DNA of 64,000 nucleotides from IMG/VR virus record IMGVR_UViG_2908492839_000003, positions 1 to 64,000 of that record, one strand, 5' to 3'. Made by a program: the position numbers and the translations under genes. Under the pieces are notes generated by a model. It had not been told where the DNA came from. It saw only the letters and a list, made by a program, of their open reading frames with translations, and did no database searches. Below, one piece after another: positions 9,309 through 17,281 of the stretch (position 1 is its first letter; each line of letters starts with the position of its first letter). Origin of the DNA: an uncultured virus (IMG/VR IMGVR_UViG_2908492839_000003). Lineage: Duplodnaviria > Heunggongvirae > Uroviricota > Caudoviricetes.

Positions 9309-10061
9309 TCACTCCTGGGAGCGCTTGGCGCGCTCGCGAGCCTTGGTGAGCCGTGCCAATGCCGCATCGAAGTCGGCGGATGGGACACTCTCAGCTGAGC
9401 CGTACATAGCGTCGAAGGCTTCTTGCGTGTCCTGAAGGCACTGGGAGAGAAGGGCGTTCAGTTGCTGCGCCTGAGCTTGGGTAATGAGCTTCTTTGGCGG
9501 CACAGCCGCGTTGCCGTCGTCGTCCTCGCCGCGAGTGGTGATGTTCAGCAGTGCGGACAGCACATAACGCTTGCCGTAGCTGACCGATGATCCAAGAGAC
9601 TGAACGGCGTTCTTGCTGCCACTTGTGTCTAGCGGAACGAGCATCGTCGTCTGCTCTCGATGTCCGGCGCAGTGCATCAGAATTCCAGTAACCGAAACGC
9701 CAGTCTGAACAGTCTCGACGCGGAAGCTCACTGCGAAACCGAACCGCTGCATGATCGGCTTAACGATGTCGTTGATGTCTTCGAAGGTCGCGTAGTTGCT
9801 GCGCTTTTGGCCGTTGACGGTGATAGCGCCACGCTCGGCAATGCTCGGCAGTTCGCTTTGCATGGCGGCCATGGATGCGTTGAACTCAGCCTCGGCGCTG
9901 CGGGACTGCATCCGCTCGTGCATGGCCATAAGCCGCTCCATCTTCTCGATGTCGCACGCAGGGTCAGCAGCGGCACGCTGGATCACTTGAAGGATTGTTG
10001 CCGACTCACCAGCTTGGATTACGGCAGCACCTTCCTGCCGCTGTGCAATGGAGTTGCTCAT
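9309..10061 (-). CDS. ERF family single-strand annealing protein
   Basis: YATFEDI; QSLGSSVSYGKRY...EDDDG. Confidence 0.9.
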   Translation of the reverse strand: MSNSIAQRQEGAAVIQAGESATILQVIQRAAADPACDIEKMERLMAMHERMQSRSAEAEFNASMAAMQSELPSIAERGAITVNGQKRSNYATFEDINDIVKPIMQRFGFAVSFRVETVQTGVSVTGILMHCAGHREQTTMLVPLDTSGSKNAVQSLGSSVSYGKRYVLSALLNITTRGEDDDGNAAVPPKKLITQAQAQQLNALLSQCLQDTQEAFDAMYGSAESVPSADFDAALARLTKARERAKRSQE

Positions 10062-10069
10062 GATGGGCC

Positions 10070-11134
10070 TCAGTAGTCGATTGTGATGTGAGGAACCTTG
10101 CGCTGAGCGATCAGTGTGATCGCCTGCTTGGCGCATTCCTCGGGCATGCCGCCGGCGATCAGGGCCGCCAGGGCTTCGTTGTTGATGGCTTTCTTGTGGG
10201 CCTTGTCGGCCTCTCGGGCTGCTGCCTCGCGCTCGATCCTGGCCTGCTCGTCGGCCTGCCGTTGGCGCTCTGCGGCAGCGGCTTCTTCGGCGCGCCGCTG
10301 TGCATCACGCTCAGCCTGCTCGGCGCGTTGCTGTGCTTCCAACTTCTCGCGCTCCGCCTTCTCGGCAGCGAGTCGCAGTTCCAGTTCCCGGCGCTCGGCG
10401 GCAGCCTTTGCCTCGGTTTCGCGGCGAGCGGCGGCTTCGCGTTCTTCCTGGGCGTGTCGTTCCGCTGCCAGGCGCTCGGCCTCGGCTGCTTCGCGGGCAA
10501 TGCGTTCCTCGCGCTCTTTCTGCTCGCGAGCAGCAGCTTCGGCGCGCAGTCGCTCCAGTTCGGCCTGCTCGGCTTCATACTTCTCGCGTGCAACGAGGGC
10601 TTCGCGCAGCGCGGCCAGGGCCTTGTCCTTGGTACGGGCGGCCTCGGTTTCGAACTCTTCCCAGTCCTCGCCAATCAAGAGGCCTTCCAGCCACTCAATG
10701 TTGGCTTTCAACTCGGTCGAATCTAGGTCGCGGCATTCCAGGCGCAGGTTGATCTGATCGATGCCGGCCTGGTGCTTGGCCTTGCGCATTTCCTCGCGCT
10801 GCTCCCACTCCGTTAGCGGCTGGCGTACCTCCGCCTGCCAGTGGTCCAGAAGGTCACGCATGCGCTTACGCTCGGCATCGACCTTCTTCGGTACTTCCTT
10901 CAACTCGGCGACCAGTTCCTTGCCTACGTTGTCCAGCGCCGTCTTCGAGCGGGCTACCTTGTAGGCGATGGAGGCGATGGCCTCTCTGCCCTTGCGGGTA
11001 GTCACGTCTGGCACGAAGCCGTCGATCTCTTCGCGAATCTTGGCCAGGAACGGGTCAAGGCCATTGGCGGCCGAGTAGACTTGGAGGGCGGTTTCTTTGG
11101 CCGGCACTTCGACCAGTTGGGTTTCTGCGGACAT
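10070..11134 (-). CDS. Coiled-coil phage protein
   Basis: DVTTRKGREAIASIAYKVARSKT motif plus Glu/Arg/Ala-rich coil. Confidence 0.8.
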   Translation of the reverse strand: MSAETQLVEVPAKETALQVYSAANGLDPFLAKIREEIDGFVPDVTTRKGREAIASIAYKVARSKTALDNVGKELVAELKEVPKKVDAERKRMRDLLDHWQAEVRQPLTEWEQREEMRKAKHQAGIDQINLRLECRDLDSTELKANIEWLEGLLIGEDWEEFETEAARTKDKALAALREALVAREKYEAEQAELERLRAEAAAREQKEREERIAREAAEAERLAAERHAQEEREAAARRETEAKAAAERRELELRLAAEKAEREKLEAQQRAEQAERDAQRRAEEAAAAERQRQADEQARIEREAAAREADKAHKKAINNEALAALIAGGMPEECAKQAITLIAQRKVPHITIDY

Positions 11135-11177
11135 GAGTGATCCTCGCCGCGCATGCGCAGCCAGTGAAGGGAGGGGG

Positions 11178-11462
11178 TTACTTGCGTGCCTTTGCTATAG
11201 CGGCGCGTGCTTTGCGGATGGTCACGCTGGTAGGCGAATAGCCGCTATCCAGCATCGATGTGAGGGCTACTTCGAGGGCTTCCAGCAGGTCAGGCGCCGA
11301 TTCGATCAGGCGTGAATTCGCGTGGAACTGCTCGTCCTTGTCTCTACCAACATTCCGGTCCCGCCGATGTACTTCACAAATCGTGTCGTCATTAGCCAGG
11401 GTTTCGATCCAGCGCTTTCCGTGGTCGTCGGAAATCTGCCACGGACCAGGTGTGTGGCTCAT
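11178..11462 (-). CDS. HTPGPW family phage protein
   Basis: MSHTPGPW...ANSRLIESAPDLLEAL; paralogue of 13234-13506. Confidence 0.75.
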   Translation of the reverse strand: MSHTPGPWQISDDHGKRWIETLANDDTICEVHRRDRNVGRDKDEQFHANSRLIESAPDLLEALEVALTSMLDSGYSPTSVTIRKARAAIAKARK

Positions 11463-11609
11463 ATCGTTCTCCAGGTAGAAAGGGAAGGCGCTTACGGCGC
11501 CACTCGGCAGCGTCACCCCTGCGGGATAGTTGCTTGCGCTAGAAGCCGCTGCTGCGGGTGTTTTCTTCATGCCGCCCACCGCCCGCTGGGGAAGCCGCAG
11601 TTATCCGGA

Positions 11610-11774
11610 TTACCGGCCTGCTGCGGACAGGTGCGTAGCTGGTTGCTCTGCGGTGACTTCGCCAGTGATTGCGCCGCCGAGATCGATTGCCTTGAACACG
11701 ATCAGGATCGCAACCAACGCGCCAAGCAGGGTGCGCTTGGTGTAGAGCATGATTCGCTTGAAGTGGTGGTTCAT
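11610..11774 (-). CDS. 54-aa membrane protein (not in ORF track)
   Basis: MNHHFKRIMLYTKRTLLGALVAILIVFKAI...; ATGA-coupled. Confidence 0.55.
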   Translation of the reverse strand: MNHHFKRIMLYTKRTLLGALVAILIVFKAIDLGGAITGEVTAEQPATHLSAAGR

Positions 11775-11884
11775 GGCGTAACCATCCCCACAAAGGCCAA
11801 GGCGAAAGCGCCGATACCGCCCACAAAAAAGCCGCCGAAGATCAGGACTTGGGCGGCCTCTTTCAGGTCTATGGTGATTGTCAT
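11771..11884 (-). CDS. 37-aa membrane peptide
   Basis: MTITIDLKEAAQVLIFGGFFVGGIGAFALAFVGMVTP; ATGA-coupled. Confidence 0.55.
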   Translation of the reverse strand: MTITIDLKEAAQVLIFGGFFVGGIGAFALAFVGMVTP

Positions 11885-12138
11885 GGCGTGCGCTCCATGG
11901 CGGCGTCGATGTCCACGTAGTCGTCGTACTGAATAGTTACCGTGAAGTCGCGCTTGTCTTGCAGGCACCATTCTTTCTCTGCGCGGCGCTCAACCTCGTC
12001 CATTATTGGGCGCCATAAGGAAAGCTCAGCCTCAGCAGCGATAAGTCGCTCAGCTAGTTCATACAGCGCAGAGATTGGGCACGGAATCGAATCCATGCAG
12101 CCATCGGCCAACTCCGCCAACTGCTCATCACTGATCAT
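11881..12138 (-). CDS. Phage hypothetical protein
   Basis: Coupled ORF. Confidence 0.6.
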   Translation of the reverse strand: MISDEQLAELADGCMDSIPCPISALYELAERLIAAEAELSLWRPIMDEVERRAEKEWCLQDKRDFTVTIQYDDYVDIDAAMERTP

Positions 12139-12560
12139 GCTGCGTCCTCCATGTTCTGTTCCTGATACTGTGCAAGGGCTTCTGCTGCGTAGCCTGCTGC
12201 GATTGGTTCGGCAAGCGCCTTAATCGCTTCGGCTGCATCGCCTTCCGGGAAGAAGTTGTGCAGGTTCGCCACGGCGTCGCATGGGCGGCGGTCGGCCACG
12301 GCCATGATCACCGTAGCCATTAGGCGCTCCCGGTCGTTCTGCAACAAATCGATCAGTTTCTTGTGAAGCTCCTCGCGCAGCAGATCGGCCTTCAACTTGC
12401 TGCACCAGAACCCTTTGCTGTGCAGATCAACATCGCAGTCGCCGAGCAGCGACTCCACAGCATCGAGCTTCCAGTTTGCGTACTCGTCTGAGGCGAGCCA
12501 GAGTTCCATCGGATCCTCTGCTGATGGAGGCTTGCGGTTGGCTAGTGCTGCTATGTTCAT
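12135..12560 (-). CDS. Phage hypothetical protein
   Basis: ORF with GAGGTG RBS. Confidence 0.65.
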   Translation of the reverse strand: MNIAALANRKPPSAEDPMELWLASDEYANWKLDAVESLLGDCDVDLHSKGFWCSKLKADLLREELHKKLIDLLQNDRERLMATVIMAVADRRPCDAVANLHNFFPEGDAAEAIKALAEPIAAGYAAEALAQYQEQNMEDAA

Positions 12561-12620
12561 GTCTCACCTCGCGTTCGCGTGCATGCGGCAGCGTCCTGTC
12601 TCGCTGTCGTCATACAGGCG

Positions 12621-12645
12621 AAAAAATGCCCGGACTTGCCGGGCT
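12621..12645 (-). terminator. Rho-independent terminator in pL operon
   Basis: GCCCGG-CAAGT-CCGGGC followed by ATTTTTT on minus strand. Confidence 0.75.
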
Positions 12646-12772
12646 AAGAGGGGTAGGGTGGGGATGGCCGGGATACGGCTGCTTCTTTACCCGTACTGTC
12701 GAGCATCCATTTCTGGTCTGGCCGAACACTCCGTAGAGCATCCCCATTGAAGGGTGGCGTCCTTGCCTGGAG

Positions 12773-13000
12773 TTAGTCGGCTGGAGGCTCAGGTAGCGGC
12801 ATCCAATGAGTAACCCCGCTGAGAGGCTTCTGGCCGTGGAACCACTCGACGATCCCACCGGAAACTCTCTTTCCGTCCCAGCAGATGACCTCACCGGACC
12901 GGTAGAGGTGAGGAACCTCCTGCCCGTCGATCTGGCATGGTTCCGAAAGGATTTTCCTGATCGGAGGGAGTCGCTTGGTAACGTCAATCCACCTGCTCAT
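12773..13000 (-). CDS. DUF551 protein
   Basis: WIDVTKRLP...VTHWMPLPEPP. Confidence 0.85.
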   Translation of the reverse strand: MSRWIDVTKRLPPIRKILSEPCQIDGQEVPHLYRSGEVICWDGKRVSGGIVEWFHGQKPLSGVTHWMPLPEPPAD

Positions 13001-13014
13001 TCCGCCTCCAGTGC

Positions 13015-13194
13015 TCAGTCTTCGTCGACCGGAAGGATCATCGTGCACCAGCCGTTCTTGGCGTTTCGCTCCAGCCATGCGCTGGCGGCATCGGAGCTTT
13101 CGAAGACGCGGTTTTCCATGCCGTCTTCGTCTTGCAGGATGTTCCAGTCTTCCGGGTAGTTCGGGTCTGCATCCATGATGATCAGTGCGGGCAT
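13015..13194 (-). CDS. 59-aa acidic protein (not in ORF track)
   Basis: GGAGG RBS; MPALIIMDADPNYPEDWNILQDEDGMEN...PVDED. Confidence 0.7.
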   Translation of the reverse strand: MPALIIMDADPNYPEDWNILQDEDGMENRVFESSDAASAWLERNAKNGWCTMILPVDED

Positions 13195-13233
13195 GATCTC
13201 GCCTCCAGTGTGTGTGTATGCGCCAGGGCGCGG

Positions 13234-13506
13234 TTAGGCGGTAGCCTTTGCGATTGCGGCTCTGGCCTGGTCGGGAACATCGTCCGCAGAACAGAGCGCC
13301 GTGATCTGCTGGATGCAGACTTGAAGAGCCTCAAGCAGATCGGGCGCGGCAGAGATCAGGCGAGTATTTGCCTCTGCCTCTGCAATCCGCTCATCGCTTC
13401 CAGCGCTGATGGTGGTGATCCCGCGAAGAAGGACATCCTGGCCTCCTTCAGTCATCAAGCTGCCCCATTTGTCTTGGCACCAAGGCCCAGGCGTGTGCTT
13501 GCTCAT
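13234..13506 (-). CDS. HTPGPW family phage protein
   Basis: MSKHTPGPW...ANTRLISAAPDLLEAL. Confidence 0.8.
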   Translation of the reverse strand: MSKHTPGPWCQDKWGSLMTEGGQDVLLRGITTISAGSDERIAEAEANTRLISAAPDLLEALQVCIQQITALCSADDVPDQARAAIAKATA

Positions 13507-13522
13507 TCTGTTCTCCTGCCTG

Positions 13523-13741
13523 TCAGGCGTCTTGCGGTGGTTCGGGTAGGGGCATCCAGTGCGTGACCCAAGTCTTTGGTTTCAACTCGCTTCGTTTCTT
13601 GCGAATCCATTCCTGCTCCCAGCTCTGCTCATCTACGAGCCAGTCATAAAGCCCTAAGCGATAAGCAGAGAGAGCCTTGAACACAAGGTACGTGCCTGGT
13701 TCTTTCGGAAGGCGCTCAGAACAGCTAATCCACTGGCCCAT
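13523..13741 (-). CDS. DUF551 protein
   Basis: WISCSERLP...VTHWMPLPEPP. Confidence 0.85.
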   Translation of the reverse strand: MGQWISCSERLPKEPGTYLVFKALSAYRLGLYDWLVDEQSWEQEWIRKKRSELKPKTWVTHWMPLPEPPQDA

Positions 13742-13749
13742 CTCTCACC

Positions 13750-13812
13750 TCACCAATACATAGTCAGAAACAGCACAACGAACAGCGCTGCGAACTCGCC
13801 AAGGTCTGGCAT
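13750..13812 (-). CDS. 20-aa hydrophobic peptide
   Basis: AGGAGG RBS; MPDLGEFAALFVVLFLTMYW. Confidence 0.45.
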   Translation of the reverse strand: MPDLGEFAALFVVLFLTMYW

Positions 13813-13853
13813 GGGTTCCTCCTGGGAGGGAAGGTTTCGGTGTGCATGGCCAT
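13764..13853 (-). pseudogene. Possible stump of DGR accessory gene avd
   Basis: AGGAGG plus ATG GCC ATG CAC ACC GAA (MAMHTE) right after the DUF1566 gene, then unrelated sequence and a stop after 29 aa. Confidence 0.4.
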
Positions 13854-13890
13854 CCCGGCCTCCTATGATCAGTCCTGTTGAATGAATGAA

Positions 13891-14373
13891 TTAGCGAAGC
13901 AATCTGCGGACGGGGCGGACACGGAGGACGAGAATCTTGCCGAGGTTGAGCGTGTAGCCGCCGAGGAAGAGCGTGAGGAAGGCGTTGAAGGCGGAGTACT
14001 GCGTGCTCGACCAGTACCAGCGATCCGAAAAACCGGACAACTCGCCTGCTTGTTTGGCGGAGAACAGAAGAGCCAGTTCCAGAGCAGAGGGAATGAATAC
14101 GCCGGCTCCGATCTCCAAAGCCTGCTTGGCAATCGGGCTGCCAGCTTCGGCCATGGCGACCGTATTCGAAGCTCCGTCTCGGTAGCTGACGGCGCCGCCC
14201 ACGTCCTGGCCGTATTCGCCCCATTCGCCGGTGAACTCTGCGCTCTTGCCAAGATCGATGTAGGCGTATTCCTTGCCATTCAGCCAGTGGCGGGCAAAGA
14301 AGGTTCCATCAGCCAGGGGTTGGCCGATTTCAGGAAGTTCACTCTGGTGAATCGAATCGGGAATGGTGGTCAT
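13891..14373 (-). CDS. DUF1566 (Lcl/C-type lectin fold) protein with DGR-like variable region
   Basis: DGASNT, IPSALEL, WYWSSTQYSA...LRVRPVRR; NNC-codon tract. Confidence 0.85.
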   Translation of the reverse strand: MTTIPDSIHQSELPEIGQPLADGTFFARHWLNGKEYAYIDLGKSAEFTGEWGEYGQDVGGAVSYRDGASNTVAMAEAGSPIAKQALEIGAGVFIPSALELALLFSAKQAGELSGFSDRWYWSSTQYSAFNAFLTLFLGGYTLNLGKILVLRVRPVRRLLR

Positions 14374-14475
14374 GGCTGGTTTCCTTTTTAGGTTTGCCCT
14401 GGGTCGGGCGATAGGGCGCCCGGATGGGCAAATGGGGTGGAACTGGTGATGCCCTGCTACCTGCAGGGCGGCGGG

Positions 14476-14928
14476 TTACCACAGTAGGTTCGCGTACTTC
14501 TCTCCGACGAACCGTGCGGACTGCTCCCAAACAGTCTGCGGGATCATGTCCAGCGCGACGGCGTGCATCGGGTAGTGCGTGCGCGGCGCTGTCCAACCAC
14601 GCATCCCGCCAGTGAAGCCGTTTTCAATCGCCAGCGTGCGGACTGAGTAGGCGCGGCCATGCGGATTGTGCGGGTGTTGATGACTGGACGTGACCACGAA
14701 CAGGAAGGACAGTGCATCGCGACCAGGCGCCATGTCGGGGCGCTTGTCGTCGCCAACCACCCAGTCAGGATTTCCGTCAAACCAGAGATAGCCCTGGCGA
14801 ATGGAAACGATTGTGCCTGGGGTGAATTCCTCCGGCTCCATTCTGTCGCGGCATGCGATTGCGTTTTGCTCGGTGCTGTATTCGGTGTTGCAAATCGGGC
14901 AGCGGTAGACTGGCTTTATCAGGTCCAC
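14476..14928 (-). CDS. Hypothetical protein with N-terminal CxxC
   Basis: YRCPICNTEY; GAGG RBS plus GTG. Confidence 0.7.
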   Translation of the reverse strand: MDLIKPVYRCPICNTEYSTEQNAIACRDRMEPEEFTPGTIVSIRQGYLWFDGNPDWVVGDDKRPDMAPGRDALSFLFVVTSSHQHPHNPHGRAYSVRTLAIENGFTGGMRGWTAPRTHYPMHAVALDMIPQTVWEQSARFVGEKYANLLW

Positions 14929-14970
14929 TTTACTTTCCTCGGTGATGCCCCGGCGAACCGGGGCGGGTGG

Positions 14971-15171
14971 TTATGCGCTGCACTGGCGATGACGACGCCA
15001 TTCAGACCAGAACTTCTTTTCAGTGGTCAGGCCTGCAATGTCGTGGTCCTTCCAACCTCCGCCGCGCTTTCCGTCTGCGAAAAACAAGCGGTAATTGTCA
15101 CCCTCTACGGCATCGACTTTGGCAAACCCGATCAGCTTCACATCTACAAATTGGCCGTCTTTGAATTTCAT
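14971..15171 (-). CDS. First pL gene, 66 aa hypothetical
   Basis: GGAGG RBS, MKFKDGQFVDV... Confidence 0.65.
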   Translation of the reverse strand: MKFKDGQFVDVKLIGFAKVDAVEGDNYRLFFADGKRGGGWKDHDIAGLTTEKKFWSEWRRHRQCSA

Positions 15172-15433
15172 CGTCTTGTCCTCCAGGGCGTGTTGACTTC
15201 CTCGATGCCCCTCTTGCGAAGGGCATCTGAGAAATCGGGTCGTCTCGGTCGCTTCTCCTTGTCGGGGTTCGTTCCCACTCCTGCGTTTGCTTCTTTGGTC
15301 TATTGGCAGGTGACTTGAGCGACGTCGCGTGCAACGCATGGGCTTGCACGGCTGGACTGTCCGGCCCAGCTCGGGCTGCGTCTTTTGCCTCTCCCAGCGT
15401 CTCGCGACGTTGGCGCAGCAGAGGGTTCCCAAA

Positions 15434-15447
15434 TTGTCGAAAGAGCG
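15434..15447 (-). promoter_or_regulatory. boxA-like antitermination element
   Basis: CGCTCTTTCGACAA about 40 nt downstream of the pL start. Confidence 0.6.
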
Positions 15448-15492
15448 GTCGGCTCGGTGGCCTCGCCAGCGGTGTTGTGCTGGCGTAGGAGA

Positions 15493-15535
15493 AAAATACA
15501 CAACGTATTTATCATGGTCAATACAAAATGTACTT
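15493..15535 (-). promoter_or_regulatory. pL promoter with OL operators
   Basis: TTGACC-17-TATTTT; 17-bp TAC-N5-GTA palindromes at 15494-15510 and 15519-15535 matching the OR sites. Confidence 0.75.
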
Positions 15536-15548
15536 ATTTCTTCGAAAG

Positions 15549-15572
15549 AAAAGCCCGCTTGAGGGCGGGCTT
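15549..15572 (-). terminator. Rho-independent terminator
   Basis: AAGCCCGC...GCGGGCTT hairpin with T tract on minus strand. Confidence 0.7.
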
Positions 15573-15584
15573 GATGGTCAAAGA

Positions 15585-15824
15585 TTAGCGAGGGAGGTCG
15601 ACGTACCAGTAAACGAACAAGCTTCCGTCATCCCGAACCTCGACATTTACGCCGTCGATACTGCGGAGATCTCGTTCCAGTCGAAGCCAGGCCCATTCCG
15701 GCTCGTTGCTCGCGCGCTTGATCCGCGCGGACTGTTGGACTTGTGCCTGGGGGCTTTCAATCAGCGCCCGGACTCGGTCGACGACAGCGATATAGGTGGT
15801 TTCGGACCATGGAGAGAACAGCAT
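15585..15824 (-). CDS. DUF1654-like protein
   Basis: LIESPQAQ...AW...DGVNVEVRDDGSLFVYW. Confidence 0.7.
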   Translation of the reverse strand: MLFSPWSETTYIAVVDRVRALIESPQAQVQQSARIKRASNEPEWAWLRLERDLRSIDGVNVEVRDDGSLFVYWYVDLPR

Positions 15825-15884
15825 TCCGAGTACTCCTTGTGCTTCGATGCTGGCAGTTGCTTTCAGAATTCTGCTATAAGAATG

Positions 15885-15900
15885 CTGTATGTATATACAG
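15885..15900. promoter_or_regulatory. LexA (SOS) box between divergent genes
   Basis: CTGTATGTATATACAG, one mismatch from consensus. Confidence 0.9.
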
Positions 15901-15917
15901 TATTGAGGGTTCTTTCG

Positions 15918-16235
15918 ATGGCCAAACAACAGAAGAAGCAGGACGCGAAACCGATGACTCCGGTTGAGAAATTGGGGCTCCGCATATCGGAGATGATCAA
16001 CTCACCGAAAGCACAGGACCTGCGCACGGTGACGATCCATCGCTTGGACACGGATCCCGATGAGGCGTGGGACCAGGTGATGGAACTGTTGTCCGAGACC
16101 GACGGCATTGACATGGTTTTCAACGACGACGGCACGGTAACGCTGAAGTGGGAGGAGCGGGAGGGGAGTGACGGCCAGGTGGAAAGCCAGAGCGAGGATA
16201 TGGCGACCTATCAGGTCAAGAGGAGGGGTAGCTAA
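15918..16235 (+). CDS. DUF1654-like protein
   Basis: MINSPKAQ...AWDQVME...DGIDMVFNDDGTVTLKW. Confidence 0.8.
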   Translation: MAKQQKKQDAKPMTPVEKLGLRISEMINSPKAQDLRTVTIHRLDTDPDEAWDQVMELLSETDGIDMVFNDDGTVTLKWEEREGSDGQVESQSEDMATYQVKRRGS

Positions 16236-16288
16236 TCAGCGGGTAAGGCCGCCTTAGCCCCATGTGCCAGGCGGCCAAGCTCGGCGAA

Positions 16289-16921
16289 TCACCTGAACTT
16301 GCGGATAGCTCGGGTGACAACGCCGACCATCTCGCAGTTGTCGTCGATGGATAGCATGCGATATGCGGGGTTCAGGGGTTTCAGGTACTTCTGGCCTGCG
16401 TCGGACACGAACTGCTTGAAGGTTGCCTCGTTGCTGTCGGCCAGCTTCGCAACCACCAGATCGCCAGGCCTCGGCTCGAGCCCGGTGTCGACGAGAATCA
16501 GCATGCCTTCCGGAATGCTCTCGCCGGCAGGAGCTGTCATCGAATCCCCCTTCACCTCCAGCCAGAATGACCTTCCCTTTCCCTTGTAGTCACTGAGTTC
16601 GAATGTATCGAAGCCGGCCGGCTCTATCGCTTCGCGCCAAGCGCCTGCGGCGACCCAGCTAACTATCGGGTATCGATACATGCGAGTCGGCTGATCTGCT
16701 GGTGCCACGTTCTGCGCTCGATCATCAGGCAACTGGATTGTGAGAGGGGGCAGATTGAGCAAGGTCAACATTTGATTGATGTCGGCAATGCTGGGCTCTC
16801 TCCGCCCGTTTAGCCAGTGCGCTACGGCCCCCTGAGTTTTCCCCATCTGCTCTGCGAGCTGCGCTTGTGTGATGTCCTGCCGCGCCATGGCATTGCGGAC
16901 TATCTGTATCCAGTTATTCAT
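16289..16921 (-). CDS. cI: CI repressor (HTH plus S24 autopeptidase)
   Basis: HTH, VAAG cleavage site, GDSM, TFKQ; TAGCAT -10 lies 7 nt before ATG (probably leaderless). Confidence 0.95.
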   Translation of the reverse strand: MNNWIQIVRNAMARQDITQAQLAEQMGKTQGAVAHWLNGRREPSIADINQMLTLLNLPPLTIQLPDDRAQNVAPADQPTRMYRYPIVSWVAAGAWREAIEPAGFDTFELSDYKGKGRSFWLEVKGDSMTAPAGESIPEGMLILVDTGLEPRPGDLVVAKLADSNEATFKQFVSDAGQKYLKPLNPAYRMLSIDDNCEMVGVVTRAIRKFR

Positions 16922-16928
16922 GGGCGGA

Positions 16929-17005
16929 ATGCTACAGACCGTATTAGCAAGTGCAACGCACGTCATGTACTAATCCTTGCAAGAAATAAGTACGAAATGT
17001 ATTTT
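16929..17005. promoter_or_regulatory. OR region: pRM/pR and operators
   Basis: pR TTGCAA-17-TATTTT; TAC-N5-GTA-like sites x3. Confidence 0.7.
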
Positions 17006-17036
17006 CAAAAAAGGACACTTCACCTTGGAGGAAGCC

Positions 17037-17279
17037 ATGAGTGCCTTGAAAGCCATCCGCAAGCAGGCGGGTGTGACCCAGACCCAGCTTGCCGAGCGAG
17101 TTGGGCTGACCCAGGCCGCGATCGGCCACTACGAAACAGGGCGCCGTAAGCCTGGGCTCAGTGAATGCCGACGCATCGTGGCGGCACTGAACGACCTTGG
17201 TGCTGAGTGCACGCTGGCTGAAGCTTTCCCTGAGCCAGAGCATGACTCGCTTGCTGTATCCGTCCAAATGGCGTCCTGA
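17037..17279 (+). CDS. cro: Cro-like HTH protein
   Basis: TQTQLAERVGLTQAAIGHYETGRR, divergent from cI. Confidence 0.88.
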   Translation: MSALKAIRKQAGVTQTQLAERVGLTQAAIGHYETGRRKPGLSECRRIVAALNDLGAECTLAEAFPEPEHDSLAVSVQMAS

Positions 17280-17281
17280 CC

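Noticed and set aside
2974..15171. Known anti-CRISPR/aca operon
   Set aside because: No Acr, Aca or Acb2 sequence that I recognise; only candidates are flagged.
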